From positions 21,615 through 85,614 of IMG/VR virus record IMGVR_UViG_3300011116_000416: a DNA stretch of 64,000 nucleotides; one strand, given 5' to 3'. The stretch comes from a virus. Below, piece after piece: positions 1 to 7,819 of the stretch. The notes under the pieces are model-generated. The model saw only the letters and a program-made list of their open reading frames with translations, was not told the origin of the DNA and did no database searches. Position numbers and translations under genes: made by a program. Position 1 is the first letter of the stretch. Every line of letters starts with the position of its first letter.

Positions 1-193
1 TTGTATCCAATAGGCTTTCGCCCTCGTGTGCGTGTTCCATTATTCTTCTCCCTCGCAATTTAAAATTGCTTCTCTCTCTGTGTTGTAATTATTCCAACAA
101 TTATTGTCAAAATATCTAGCATTCATTATCATACCAATAACAACTAATATATTAATAATAACTGATATTATTACTAATGTTTTAATTGTTTTT

Positions 194-544
194 TCACTTA
201 TTTGGTGAGTCATCTTTAAGTAGCCATTCTACTAGTTTTGGGTTGTCTTTAAATACCGCCAATAAACCAGACTCGTACATGGCAATAAAGTAATGTTCCC
301 AAGTTTCAAAATCATCGTCTTTACTTGGCTTAGGCATACCATCATAGCTCATTCTTACAGCATGTAGCACTTCGTGTAGCAGTGTAACCTGTTTCTTACC
401 ATTGCTTGCATCAGAACTTATTACGATAGTGTTAGAATTATCCAGGGTATAGCCATAGGCACCCTCGTTAAGCATACCGTCTTCTTTAGGACTGCGTTCA
501 ACAATAGTGAACTTCTGTGGACCTACCTTAACTGATTTAACCAT
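194..544 (-). CDS. HExxH metallopeptidase-like protein
   Basis: 116 aa ORF containing TLLHEVLHA (HExxH) motif. Confidence 0.55.
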   Translation of the reverse strand: MVKSVKVGPQKFTIVERSPKEDGMLNEGAYGYTLDNSNTIVISSDASNGKKQVTLLHEVLHAVRMSYDGMPKPSKDDDFETWEHYFIAMYESGLLAVFKDNPKLVEWLLKDDSPNK

Positions 545-765
545 TATCTTATCTTTCTAATAATCTCGATTGCTTTTTCCATACCAGCAGTCACATTCTT
601 ATTCTGATTTGGATTGCTTTGAATATTCTTTTGAAGTGTAGCAAGAATTACCTTACGTTGTTCTGCAATTGCTTTCTTTCTACCCACTTCGAATCCCTCA
701 CTCCAACCATCATTATGACCAATAGAATAGCCTAAATTATACCTACGCTTAAAGAATTTTTTCAT
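544..765 (-). CDS. hypothetical protein
   Basis: 73 aa ORF; TAATG overlap with the next gene; promoter directly upstream. Confidence 0.6.
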   Translation of the reverse strand: MKKFFKRRYNLGYSIGHNDGWSEGFEVGRKKAIAEQRKVILATLQKNIQSNPNQNKNVTAGMEKAIEIIRKIR

Positions 766-771
766 AAGTCT

Positions 772-800
772 ATTTTACCCTAAAAGGTCATATGTGTCAA
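772..800 (-). promoter_or_regulatory. sigma70-type promoter (TTGACA-17-TAAAAT), leaderless start at 765
   Basis: Minus strand TTGACA catatgaccttttaggg TAAAAT agactt ATG. Confidence 0.7.
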
Positions 801-1045
801 GCAAATAGGGATAATATCTTATCTTCTGTGGCTGTTCCCTTATGGAAGGTTTCTTTGCCATCTACCTTAGCGATAAAGGCTGGAACTCCAGTAATACCAT
901 GTTCCTGGAAAACGCTTACATCTTTGTCAGCATCATACTTTATATAATTAATGTCTGGATTCTCACTAAGAATCTTATCAATCATAGGCTGCATCTGCTT
1001 ACAAGGCTGACACCAAGTAGCACTAAAATGAATTAGCTCTTTCAT
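797..1045 (-). CDS. thioredoxin family protein
   Basis: FSATWCQPCKQM active-site motif and GVPAF cis-Pro motif, 82 aa. Confidence 0.9.
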   Translation of the reverse strand: MKELIHFSATWCQPCKQMQPMIDKILSENPDINYIKYDADKDVSVFQEHGITGVPAFIAKVDGKETFHKGTATEDKILSLFA

Positions 1046-2283
1046 CGTGCCCTTAATGTTTTTATCTTGTGTCCAACTAGAGTATCTGTTGGCTTGCCAT
1101 CACGATAAATTCTAATAACTGCTGCTGGGTCTTCTGGTGTACCGCTCACAGTGAAGTCAGAGTTTGGAACGTTATATTTACCATTACGAATAATTCTAAC
1201 AATCTTGCCAGTGGCAGTGCCGCCAGACGAATTCCAAGATACCATATCACCAACGCCAACTCCTTTATAAACTAATGTTTCTTCTCTAGAATAATCTTTA
1301 CCAAAATCAGCAAACAGTGCTTTATCTTTCATTCTGTTTACGATTGCTCGTGACCATGTGAAGCCAGCATCGCCGCCCCAAGCGTCCCACATTATTCTAC
1401 CGTTCGAAGGATTGCTTGTGTTATAGAAGTCTTTACCCTTTTTGTCTACCTCGTGACGAGAGAAGAATGAGTACATCCTTCGTACCACGCTTAATGACAT
1501 TGAGCGACCTGCTACAATATCTCTTGCTCTACCCCAACCAACTGGAGTACCTGCACCTGTAGCCTTCCCCTGTTCTTTCCAACGGATAGCACGAGCAGCT
1601 GCTGCCTTCATACCAGAAGTAGGAGTATAGCCTTCAGCCTTATCCATTTCATTTTCCATCTCGTCTTCTTCATCTTCTTCTTCCATCTCTAATTCTAAAT
1701 CTGGAATCTTTTCTGCATCAGACATTAGCATACCAATTGAGTATGCGGTTGGCTCCCAGACACCTTCGTCTTCTTCGAATACTCTAACAGCCATTGCTGG
1801 ATTTTCTGGGGTAGACTGAATAGCATACTCTGTGCCTGGAATACCATACACGCCACCTTCAGTCATTACATGCTCAACAAGACCAACAACCGTACCCTCT
1901 GATGTCATACCACGAACATAATCGCCTTCAGCAATAGGGAGTGCTTTATACATTGCACTAATGGCTGTGCCTCCACTACTTACGGCACCAGAAGCAGACT
2001 GACCATTACCACCCTGCATTCTTTTTGGTTTACGAATCTTAACTTTCTTACCACCACGCATTGAGTCTGGTGTTCTTACTCCAACATTTGGATATTTTGG
2101 ATTAGGGGTAGATGATGGATTTACCCCTGTATCTGCTTTATCAGCTTCAGAAGCGTAAAGGGCTTGCACTTGTGCTGCTGCCTCTGCTTGTGTTGTGTGG
2201 CATCCCATCACTTCGCCACCTTCTTTTACTACTGGATATCCTGAGCATCCGTATGAACCTTTTTGTCCTACTGCATATGGCAT
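1042..2283 (-). CDS. multi-module phage protein with two Tudor/DUF2945-like repeats and a conserved phage head-associated helical domain
   Basis: Repeats EGDYV..G.V..STPENPA..RVF and VGDMV..GK..GTPEDPA..RIY; central GTPVGWGRARD..RMYSFFSRHE..WDAWGGDAG block. Confidence 0.55.
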   Translation of the reverse strand: MPYAVGQKGSYGCSGYPVVKEGGEVMGCHTTQAEAAAQVQALYASEADKADTGVNPSSTPNPKYPNVGVRTPDSMRGGKKVKIRKPKRMQGGNGQSASGAVSSGGTAISAMYKALPIAEGDYVRGMTSEGTVVGLVEHVMTEGGVYGIPGTEYAIQSTPENPAMAVRVFEEDEGVWEPTAYSIGMLMSDAEKIPDLELEMEEEDEEDEMENEMDKAEGYTPTSGMKAAAARAIRWKEQGKATGAGTPVGWGRARDIVAGRSMSLSVVRRMYSFFSRHEVDKKGKDFYNTSNPSNGRIMWDAWGGDAGFTWSRAIVNRMKDKALFADFGKDYSREETLVYKGVGVGDMVSWNSSGGTATGKIVRIIRNGKYNVPNSDFTVSGTPEDPAAVIRIYRDGKPTDTLVGHKIKTLRAR

Positions 2284-2747
2284 TAGTCTTCCATCTCCAT
2301 TTCATTCTCTGGCTCTTCCATGCTTGCACGAAGTTGCCAACAGAATTTCTGAGATGCTGTTTGCCTATCTGCAAAGAAGTTTGCCAATCCATATTGTTTA
2401 GCATTGTTAGCCATATCACTTGCAAGAACAAGGTCTTCGATATGCTTTTCAATTGTGTCATACAGGTCTTCAATCATTGGTTCTGGTTCTCCAACCAATA
2501 CTGGTTCTGATACCGTGCTCAAATCAAAAAAGTCTGCAAGTCTGTATGGTGAATAAGCTTTTAACATACGCAACCATTCTGCGTATTCGTCTGTTGCACC
2601 ATCAAAATCTTCATAAATTTCTGCAAAAAAATCGTGTAATTGTTTAAAGTCATCGGACTCTACGTTCCAGTGATAGCCATGTGCTTTAAATTTAATAGCA
2701 ATATTGTTTGCTAGAAGCACCCTAAGTGCCGATAATAATTGTTCCAT
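2283..2747 (-). CDS. dps: Dps / ferritin-like DNA protection protein
   Basis: HGYHWNV..F.QLHDFF.E.Y...D..AE ferroxidase motif; C-terminal K..W.L. Confidence 0.9.
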   Translation of the reverse strand: MEQLLSALRVLLANNIAIKFKAHGYHWNVESDDFKQLHDFFAEIYEDFDGATDEYAEWLRMLKAYSPYRLADFFDLSTVSEPVLVGEPEPMIEDLYDTIEKHIEDLVLASDMANNAKQYGLANFFADRQTASQKFCWQLRASMEEPENEMEMED

Positions 2748-2802
2748 TTGACAATTATACCATAATAAGTGGGCAGTTTTTAGTCATACCCAGGACCGCT
2801 AA

Positions 2803-3207
2803 TTACTTGATAGTAATAGTCTTGGGCTTCTTTTCCTCTGGAATATTGATAACTAAATCAATAGTCAGAATGCCGTGCTTTAGTTCAGCCTTAGCGACTT
2901 CAGCGTATTCTGGTAGAGTAAATGAACGAGAGAACTTACGACCAGCAATACCCTTATAAACATAGCGGATATCTTCTGGTAGTTCTTTGTCCTCCTTAGT
3001 TTCACCACTGACTGTTAGGACATTCTTGTCTGTAGTGATTGTGATGTCATCTTTCTCAAATCCAGCAAGAGCGAATTCAAGATACCATTCGTTCTTATCC
3101 TTTGAGTAGATTACATTATAGGGTGGGTATGTAGCCTTAATTGGCTGTGCAAACAACTTATCAAATTCCTGACTAAGCGTTGCGAATGGGTCTGTATAGA
3201 TTACCAT
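2803..3207 (-). CDS. small heat shock protein (Hsp20/IbpA-like)
   Basis: YPPYN, ALAGF, GIAGRKFSRSFTL and AELKHGILTI motifs. Confidence 0.93.
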   Translation of the reverse strand: MVIYTDPFATLSQEFDKLFAQPIKATYPPYNVIYSKDKNEWYLEFALAGFEKDDITITTDKNVLTVSGETKEDKELPEDIRYVYKGIAGRKFSRSFTLPEYAEVAKAELKHGILTIDLVINIPEEKKPKTITIK

Positions 3208-3216
3208 TTATATCAT

Positions 3217-3232
3217 CTCCTTATTAAGCGAG
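3217..3232 (-). promoter_or_regulatory. ROSE-like SD-sequestering hairpin in the hsp20 leader
   Basis: CUCGCUU-AAU-AAGGAG: UCGCU motif pairs with the SD leaving a bulged G. Confidence 0.5.
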
Positions 3233-3275
3233 TTATTTTTGTACCCCCAATAGGCAGGTACATATTTATTATAGC

Positions 3276-3302
3276 AAAAAAGGACAGGCTTTGCACCTGT
3301 CC
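3276..3302 (-). terminator. intrinsic terminator
   Basis: GGACAGG-tgcaaag-CCTGTCC followed by T6. Confidence 0.8.
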
Positions 3303-3319
3303 CTCAATGCTTACTAAGA

Positions 3320-3601
3320 CTACTTCTTAGCAGGTGTCTTCTTGGCAGGTGCCTTCTTGACTGGTGCCTTCTTAGGCGTTGCCTTGGCTAGTGCATCCTT
3401 GATGTCACTTTCCTTTGGAACAACACCGAATGCTTTGTCATTTGGATTTACTGCTCTAAGAACTACTGGTAATACAGCAGCGACTAGTGACCATGCTAGG
3501 TCTAGTGGGTCAGTCAGTCCAGCAAGATAAAGAGCTGCGGCTGCTGATAGAACGCTACGACCATATGATGCCAGTAGTGCCTTTAGTTGAACTACGTTCA
3601 T
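3320..3601 (-). CDS. holin-like small membrane protein with basic PAKK tail
   Basis: Two hydrophobic segments, R..NP.D..FG motif, KKAPVKKAPAKKTPAKK tail; AAGGAG precedes ATG at 3601. Confidence 0.55.
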   Translation of the reverse strand: MNVVQLKALLASYGRSVLSAAAALYLAGLTDPLDLAWSLVAAVLPVVLRAVNPNDKAFGVVPKESDIKDALAKATPKKAPVKKAPAKKTPAKK

Positions 3602-3614
3602 TTGTTTCTCCTTG

Positions 3615-4061
3615 TTAGTTGTTTGGTGTTTCATTGTTCTTTGGCAAAAGACTTTGTAGTTTTTTATATGCCAAAGAAATCTCTAATAATCTATCACGAA
3701 ATACGTTGTCCTGAATAGCTGAACCATATGTTTCTGTCCACCTTAAAATTGGAGCAACTATTTCATCAAATTCTTCAAGTGCTTCTTGTACTTCTTCAAT
3801 ATAGTCAAAAGCCCAGTCACGAGAAGTAGAAAGAAACTTTACGAAACCATCACTTTCAGACAGTTCTCGTAATGCCTTTTCTTCTTGCAACGTTGTTATT
3901 TCCATTCCAAGTAGTTTTTTGTCTAGTTCTGCCTGAATGTATCTTGCAAAAAGTTCTTTGTTGTTTACCCTTGCCCTGTATACAAAATATAACAATACCG
4001 AAACAAGAATTGTGTATACAGCATATAAAACTATGTCTATGCTAAAGCCCCATTGAGTCAT
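3615..4061 (-). CDS. membrane-anchored coiled-coil hypothetical protein
   Basis: N-terminal hydrophobic helix; F.KFLS.SRDWAF.YIE motif. Confidence 0.6.
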   Translation of the reverse strand: MTQWGFSIDIVLYAVYTILVSVLLYFVYRARVNNKELFARYIQAELDKKLLGMEITTLQEEKALRELSESDGFVKFLSTSRDWAFDYIEEVQEALEEFDEIVAPILRWTETYGSAIQDNVFRDRLLEISLAYKKLQSLLPKNNETPNN

Positions 4062-4291
4062 TCTTCTAGTGCCTTTCTAACCACAAAGACAACAGTTCCA
4101 AAAGACTCTAAAGTTCTCTTTACATCGTTTACATATTTTACAGCATCTAGTTTAGCTTCATCAGATAGTTTAATTAAATCTTTTGGGTCAACTTCTACTG
4201 TAATAAAATCTGGATTTTCGTATAGAACAACTCCAAATCCTTCTGGTGCCTTGATTGCTTTAAATGCAGATGCCATTTCTGGTGTATACAT
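4058..4291 (-). CDS. hypothetical protein
   Basis: 77 aa ORF with overlaps at both ends. Confidence 0.65.
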   Translation of the reverse strand: MYTPEMASAFKAIKAPEGFGVVLYENPDFITVEVDPKDLIKLSDEAKLDAVKYVNDVKRTLESFGTVVFVVRKALEE

Positions 4292-4581
4292 CAGTATTCC
4301 TTATCTGTTGTTAGATATTGCCAGGTGTTAGCCCAGTCTTGCTTTGTCTTATGTTTATTAAATTCTCTGGATACTTTACCCTTATCAAGATAAATACCGC
4401 CCCAAACCCCATAAGCCTTTTGGGATACTCCAACTGCAAAACATATTCTAGCCATAGGACAAATTGAACAAAGAGAGTCAATCTCTTTTCTTACCTCGAC
4501 ATCTTCTTCATATTTTTCAAAGAATAGTTCGACATCTTCCCCAGCACAAATTGCTTCGTCTTTCCAATTCTCATTCGGCAT
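4291..4581 (-). CDS. whiB: WhiB family Fe-S transcription factor
   Basis: W...A.C, C..C.....C (4 Cys) and GVWGG turn. Confidence 0.93.
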   Translation of the reverse strand: MPNENWKDEAICAGEDVELFFEKYEEDVEVRKEIDSLCSICPMARICFAVGVSQKAYGVWGGIYLDKGKVSREFNKHKTKQDWANTWQYLTTDKEY

Positions 4582-4798
4582 ACTTCTTCACCAACTTGGA
4601 TGGTATGTTCCAACCATCTTTACCAGCTTCAAAGCGATTGGTGATGAACCATTTGTTATTTTTAAACATAGCATTTGGTGACATCCACGCTGTTTGAGAT
4701 ACCCTGGACTCTACTACGGTCCAGCCATCCCATGATAGAGACTTGTTGTTTTCTACAATTATCTCCATCTGCTCTAGTGATTTAATTAACATAATCAC
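4571..4798 (-). CDS. hypothetical protein
   Basis: 75 aa ORF with L.WDGW.V motif, in an operon. Confidence 0.65.
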   Translation of the reverse strand: MIMLIKSLEQMEIIVENNKSLSWDGWTVVESRVSQTAWMSPNAMFKNNKWFITNRFEAGKDGWNIPSKLVKKYAE

Positions 4799-4806
4799 CC
4801 TTTCGT

Positions 4807-5157
4807 TTAGTAACGATATACTCCGACTTCGATATCTTTTGCTTCTGCAAAATCTACCAATTCAGATACTGGCTCTTTTGGTTTGCTAAAATATGCAAAG
4901 TATCCAATATCGTGAATATTTTCTTTTATCCACTTGGGTGGAATCTTAATAAGTTTAATTTTGATATTACGAGCTTTTAGGCTTCTCTCCGAGATATTTC
5001 TAAACTCCATACCCATCTGGTTAATCTGTAGAGGACCAGCGGAAGCAATAACAAACTCTGTGTCATCTTCTTTCATGCTAGAAAGTGCAACACCCATGGC
5101 TCTTAGAAAAACATTGTAATCATTAAAATTCTTTGTTCCTTGAATTGCCACTATCAT
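4807..5157 (-). CDS. hypothetical protein, possible SLOG/YspA-like fold
   Basis: N-terminal IVAIQGTKNFNDY resembles the G(S/T)R.F.DY start of YspA-like proteins. Confidence 0.45.
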   Translation of the reverse strand: MIVAIQGTKNFNDYNVFLRAMGVALSSMKEDDTEFVIASAGPLQINQMGMEFRNISERSLKARNIKIKLIKIPPKWIKENIHDIGYFAYFSKPKEPVSELVDFAEAKDIEVGVYRY

Positions 5158-5533
5158 TGTTATCTCCTTCCGTCAACTTTTCTACAATGAATATTACTCT
5201 ATCTAATTCTACCTTATCAAGGTTATGCGTGTCAACCCTTTTCTTAGAATCTCTATCAATTTGTCCATCTATAAAATCTGCGGTAACTAGATAGCCATCC
5301 TCAATCCAATAAACAGCATCACCATACACCAGTGCACGGTGCGAAGATTTTTTTCTGTTGTTGAGTGATTGAGTGTCATTTGATTTTTTAATAAAATAAA
5401 TTTTGATTAAATCAAACTTCCTACTTTGAGAAAACAAGGGTACTGAAAGTTTGGGACTAATGTTCCTATTAATCTTTATATTAAGAAAAATAAGCGATAG
5501 CAAGGTTATCAGAGAACCCAAGAAATATTCCAT
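5123..5533 (-). CDS. membrane-anchored hypothetical protein
   Basis: N-terminal hydrophobic helix; 136 aa. Confidence 0.6.
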   Translation of the reverse strand: MEYFLGSLITLLSLIFLNIKINRNISPKLSVPLFSQSRKFDLIKIYFIKKSNDTQSLNNRKKSSHRALVYGDAVYWIEDGYLVTADFIDGQIDRDSKKRVDTHNLDKVELDRVIFIVEKLTEGDNNDSGNSRNKEF

Positions 5534-5535
5534 AA

Positions 5536-5757
5536 TTAATCACCTATTTTGCTACGCTCGTCTATAATCTGATAAGCAAATTGGTTCATTGCTTTCTGTG
5601 CTTTCTCATTACTTAGAATACCCTCGTAATGATGGGCACAGAAAAGCAAATCACCTGCTGTTCCAATAGTTTGAACATAGGCTTGTGCATTACAGACATC
5701 GCATCTGTGGGTTGCATCCAAAACCCATTTCTTTTCTTCTATTAGATTATTTGTCAT
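5536..5757 (-). CDS. small zinc-binding protein of actinobacterial type
   Basis: RCDVCNAQAYV...LLFCAHHY motif; likely start ATG at 5757. Confidence 0.7.
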   Translation of the reverse strand: MTNNLIEEKKWVLDATHRCDVCNAQAYVQTIGTAGDLLFCAHHYEGILSNEKAQKAMNQFAYQIIDERSKIGD

Positions 5758-5923
5758 TTGAGTAAAATCCTCCACCATTAAATTTAATTGCTCCAACCGA
5801 GTATACCTTATTCATTGGTATATTGCAAGACTTGCATAGGAATTCTTTATCTGCATCAGAAAAAGACCTCACATCCGTATCAATCTTGTCACACTTAGGG
5901 CATTGAAATTTATAGGTTGGCAT
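5747..5923 (-). CDS. FmdB-family zinc ribbon protein (not in ORF track)
   Basis: Own translation: MPTYKFQCPKCD...CKSCNIPMNKVYS...FNGGGFYSNDK (58 aa). Confidence 0.85.
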   Translation of the reverse strand: MPTYKFQCPKCDKIDTDVRSFSDADKEFLCKSCNIPMNKVYSVGAIKFNGGGFYSNDK

Positions 5924-5928
5924 GATAT

Positions 5929-6393
5929 TTACTTTGCTGAGTTTGCTAGAATGTGCTTTAGTGGGTCAACCAGGTCTTCGTATGGAGCCAAGTGAATGTT
6001 TGGATTGCTCCAAGCCTTATTAGCCTTACCAATAGACATGTGGAGGTGAGCCCCAGTACTGGCTGTACCGCTGGGAGTATTCTTTCCACCGCCCACAAGA
6101 CCAATGGTGTCTCCAAGCTTAACCTTAGCATCTTTCTTCAATGGTGACTGTTCTGCTAGGTGAGCATAAAGCACAAAGTATCCATCCTTTGCTGAGTGAA
6201 CCAGGAACCATCCTAGAACATCAGACCAAGCATTTACGAATACAGTTCCATCAGTGATTGCTGGAATTGGAGACTTCTCCTTTGGTGCCCAGTCCTGACC
6301 ACGGTGTGGTCTACCCTGACGATATGGTGCTAGATTTCCAAATTCATCTCCACGAGTTTTAGCAGGAAATGGCTCTTTGTAAATTACTGTCAT
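5929..6393 (-). CDS. M23 family peptidoglycan endopeptidase (candidate endolysin)
   Basis: HRGQD, YAHL and STGAHLH zinc motifs; SD before ATG at 6393. Confidence 0.88.
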   Translation of the reverse strand: MTVIYKEPFPAKTRGDEFGNLAPYRQGRPHRGQDWAPKEKSPIPAITDGTVFVNAWSDVLGWFLVHSAKDGYFVLYAHLAEQSPLKKDAKVKLGDTIGLVGGGKNTPSGTASTGAHLHMSIGKANKAWSNPNIHLAPYEDLVDPLKHILANSAK

Positions 6394-6459
6394 ATTTCTA
6401 CTTCCTTTCAAAAAGTATTCTATGAACTATTCATAGTAATATAATTATAACATTCTTAC

Positions 6460-6535
6460 TGGAGCTACCTGTGGGATTCGAACCCACCACCTATGCATTA
6501 CAAGTGCATTGCTCTACCGAATGAGCTAAGGTAGC
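6460..6535 (-). tRNA. tRNA-Thr(TGT), CCA encoded
   Basis: Cloverleaf; anticodon arm ATGCA-CTTGTAA-TGCAT; GTTCGAATC T-loop. Confidence 0.93.
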
Positions 6536-6539
6536 GTTG

Positions 6540-6613
6540 CGACTTCGATGGGACTTGAACCCACGACCTGTTGCCTGACAAACAACTGCTCTAACCAACT
6601 GAGCTACGAAGCC
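6540..6613 (-). tRNA. tRNA-Asp(GTC), no encoded CCA
   Basis: Acceptor GGCTTCG/CGAAGTC; anticodon loop TTGTCAG; G discriminator. Confidence 0.88.
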
Positions 6614-6614
6614 T

Positions 6615-6688
6615 TGGAGCGTGTAGGGAGAATCGAACTCCCACTACAACCTTGGCAAGGTTGGGCACTACCATTATGCAACACACGC
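6615..6688 (-). tRNA. tRNA-Gly(GCC), CCA encoded
   Basis: Anticodon arm CAACC-TTGCCAA-GGTTG; GTTCGATTC T-loop; TCCA end. Confidence 0.92.
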
Positions 6689-6692
6689 ATTG

Positions 6693-6764
6693 CTCCCCCT
6701 TCTGGACTCGAACCAGAAACCTTAGAGTTAACAGCTCTCTGCTCTGCCATTGAGCTAAAGGGGA
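6693..6764 (-). tRNA. tRNA-Asn(GTT), no encoded CCA
   Basis: 5' TCCCCTT acceptor; anticodon loop CTGTTAA; GTTCGAGTC T-loop. Confidence 0.9.
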
Positions 6765-6771
6765 ATGCTAG

Positions 6772-7014
6772 TTAAAGTGTGTAGCCACTGTTAGTTGCTC
6801 GCCATACAGACGGAGCATGATTCTCTTCTACAGCCAACTTGGTTGCTTCATCTTCATACAATCTTAGAACATGGATGCAATCATCTGCCCCTTGCTCCCA
6901 TCCAGCATCTTCTTCTGCAGTTGTTGGTAATCCATCGTGGATAGCACAAACAGCAGGACCACAGAATCCAAGGCTAATGCCTTCCTGTAGCCATTCGTCA
7001 AACGACTTTTCCAT
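6772..7014 (-). CDS. hypothetical protein
   Basis: 80 aa; F.EWL..G...G.CGPAVC..HDG.P motif; SD present. Confidence 0.7.
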   Translation of the reverse strand: MEKSFDEWLQEGISLGFCGPAVCAIHDGLPTTAEEDAGWEQGADDCIHVLRLYEDEATKLAVEENHAPSVWRATNSGYTL

Positions 7015-7041
7015 AGAAAAACCCCTTTCAGGTCTATATCA

Positions 7042-7070
7042 ATTATAGGGCACCAAAAGGGGTTTGTCAA
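7042..7070 (-). promoter_or_regulatory. consensus sigma70 promoter (TTGACA-17-TATAAT) upstream of ORF 7014 and the tRNA cluster
   Basis: TTGACA aaccccttttggtgccc TATAAT. Confidence 0.85.
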
Positions 7071-7071
7071 G

Positions 7072-7368
7072 TTATTTCTTAGATGTGCTAGATGTTTGTT
7101 CATCTTTAGCAACATCTTTAAGAGCAACTGTCTGGCGGAAAGCAGCATCAATCTCATTACGAGATAGTTTGCCATCTTCCAGGAATGCTAGGGATAGTAG
7201 TTCTACTACCTTGGCTACCGCCAAAATACCACCCATAACAGCACTGAACCAAACTGGGATATCAATTCCGCTTACACCGCTTGCAACGGTACCAGCACCA
7301 ACTACTCCAAGTGCCGATGCAACGAAAGTTGCAACGATACGCATAAGGACATTACCGAATGTTTTCAT
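7072..7368 (-). CDS. small two-helix membrane protein
   Basis: Two hydrophobic segments; DGKL...EI..AF tail; TAATG-coupled to the upstream gene. Confidence 0.7.
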   Translation of the reverse strand: MKTFGNVLMRIVATFVASALGVVGAGTVASGVSGIDIPVWFSAVMGGILAVAKVVELLSLAFLEDGKLSRNEIDAAFRQTVALKDVAKDEQTSSTSKK

Positions 7369-7547
7369 TAGTCTTCCTCCTTATCTTTAGGGTTTCTGAG
7401 TCTATAGGTCAAAGCCCACAATACAGTGCTACCAAGAATACAGTAGCCTACAACAGTTTTTGCTGAACCTTCAAGAACAATCCAGGCAACAAACATACCA
7501 AGAAGTGTCCATAGTTGGTTAATCATATCACTCAAAAAATCTTTCAT
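7368..7547 (-). CDS. small membrane protein (not in ORF track)
   Basis: Own translation: MKDFLSDMINQLWTLLGMFVAWIVLEGSAKTVVGYCILGSTVLWALTYRLRNPKDKEED; TAATG overlaps at both ends. Confidence 0.8.
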   Translation of the reverse strand: MKDFLSDMINQLWTLLGMFVAWIVLEGSAKTVVGYCILGSTVLWALTYRLRNPKDKEED

Positions 7548-7819
7548 TATGTTCTCCTTCTAGCAGAACCAGACGATGCCGAAGCACTTGCCGCAGCAGC
7601 TGCTTGTGTAGCCATAGCCGCTGCCTGTGTTGCAATCTGTGTAACGATAATTGCTGATACCACAACCTTTTGTGCTTTTTCACGAACTGCTGGTGGTAGG
7701 TCAGCACCGATATTATTCAGAGCATTTAATGCATCAGCAAGCCCTTCAAATACCGCCCCCACTAGTGGGATGTCTGCGACTGGGTTAGTCCCAAACTCCT
7801 TGGGGGGAATTATTTTGGG
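7547..7819 (-). CDS. -1 frame C-terminal extension (membrane anchor) of the PA14 protein
   Basis: Frame is open from upstream of the 7810 stop; no well-spaced SD or start; hydrophobic VVVSAIIVTQIA followed by an Ala-rich stretch and RRR. Confidence 0.6.
   Translation of the reverse strand, partial: PKIIPPKEFGTNPVADIPLVGAVFEGLADALNALNNIGADLPPAVREKAQKVVVSAIIVTQIATQAAAMATQAAAAASASASSGSARRRT

Noticed and set aside
2747-2803. Stop-codon readthrough fusing Hsp20 to Dps via the pseudoknot
   Set aside because: Dps is in a different frame, and an in-frame TAA follows after 15 codons.
6548-6775. 75 aa plus-strand ORF
   Set aside because: It is the antisense reading of the tRNA cluster.
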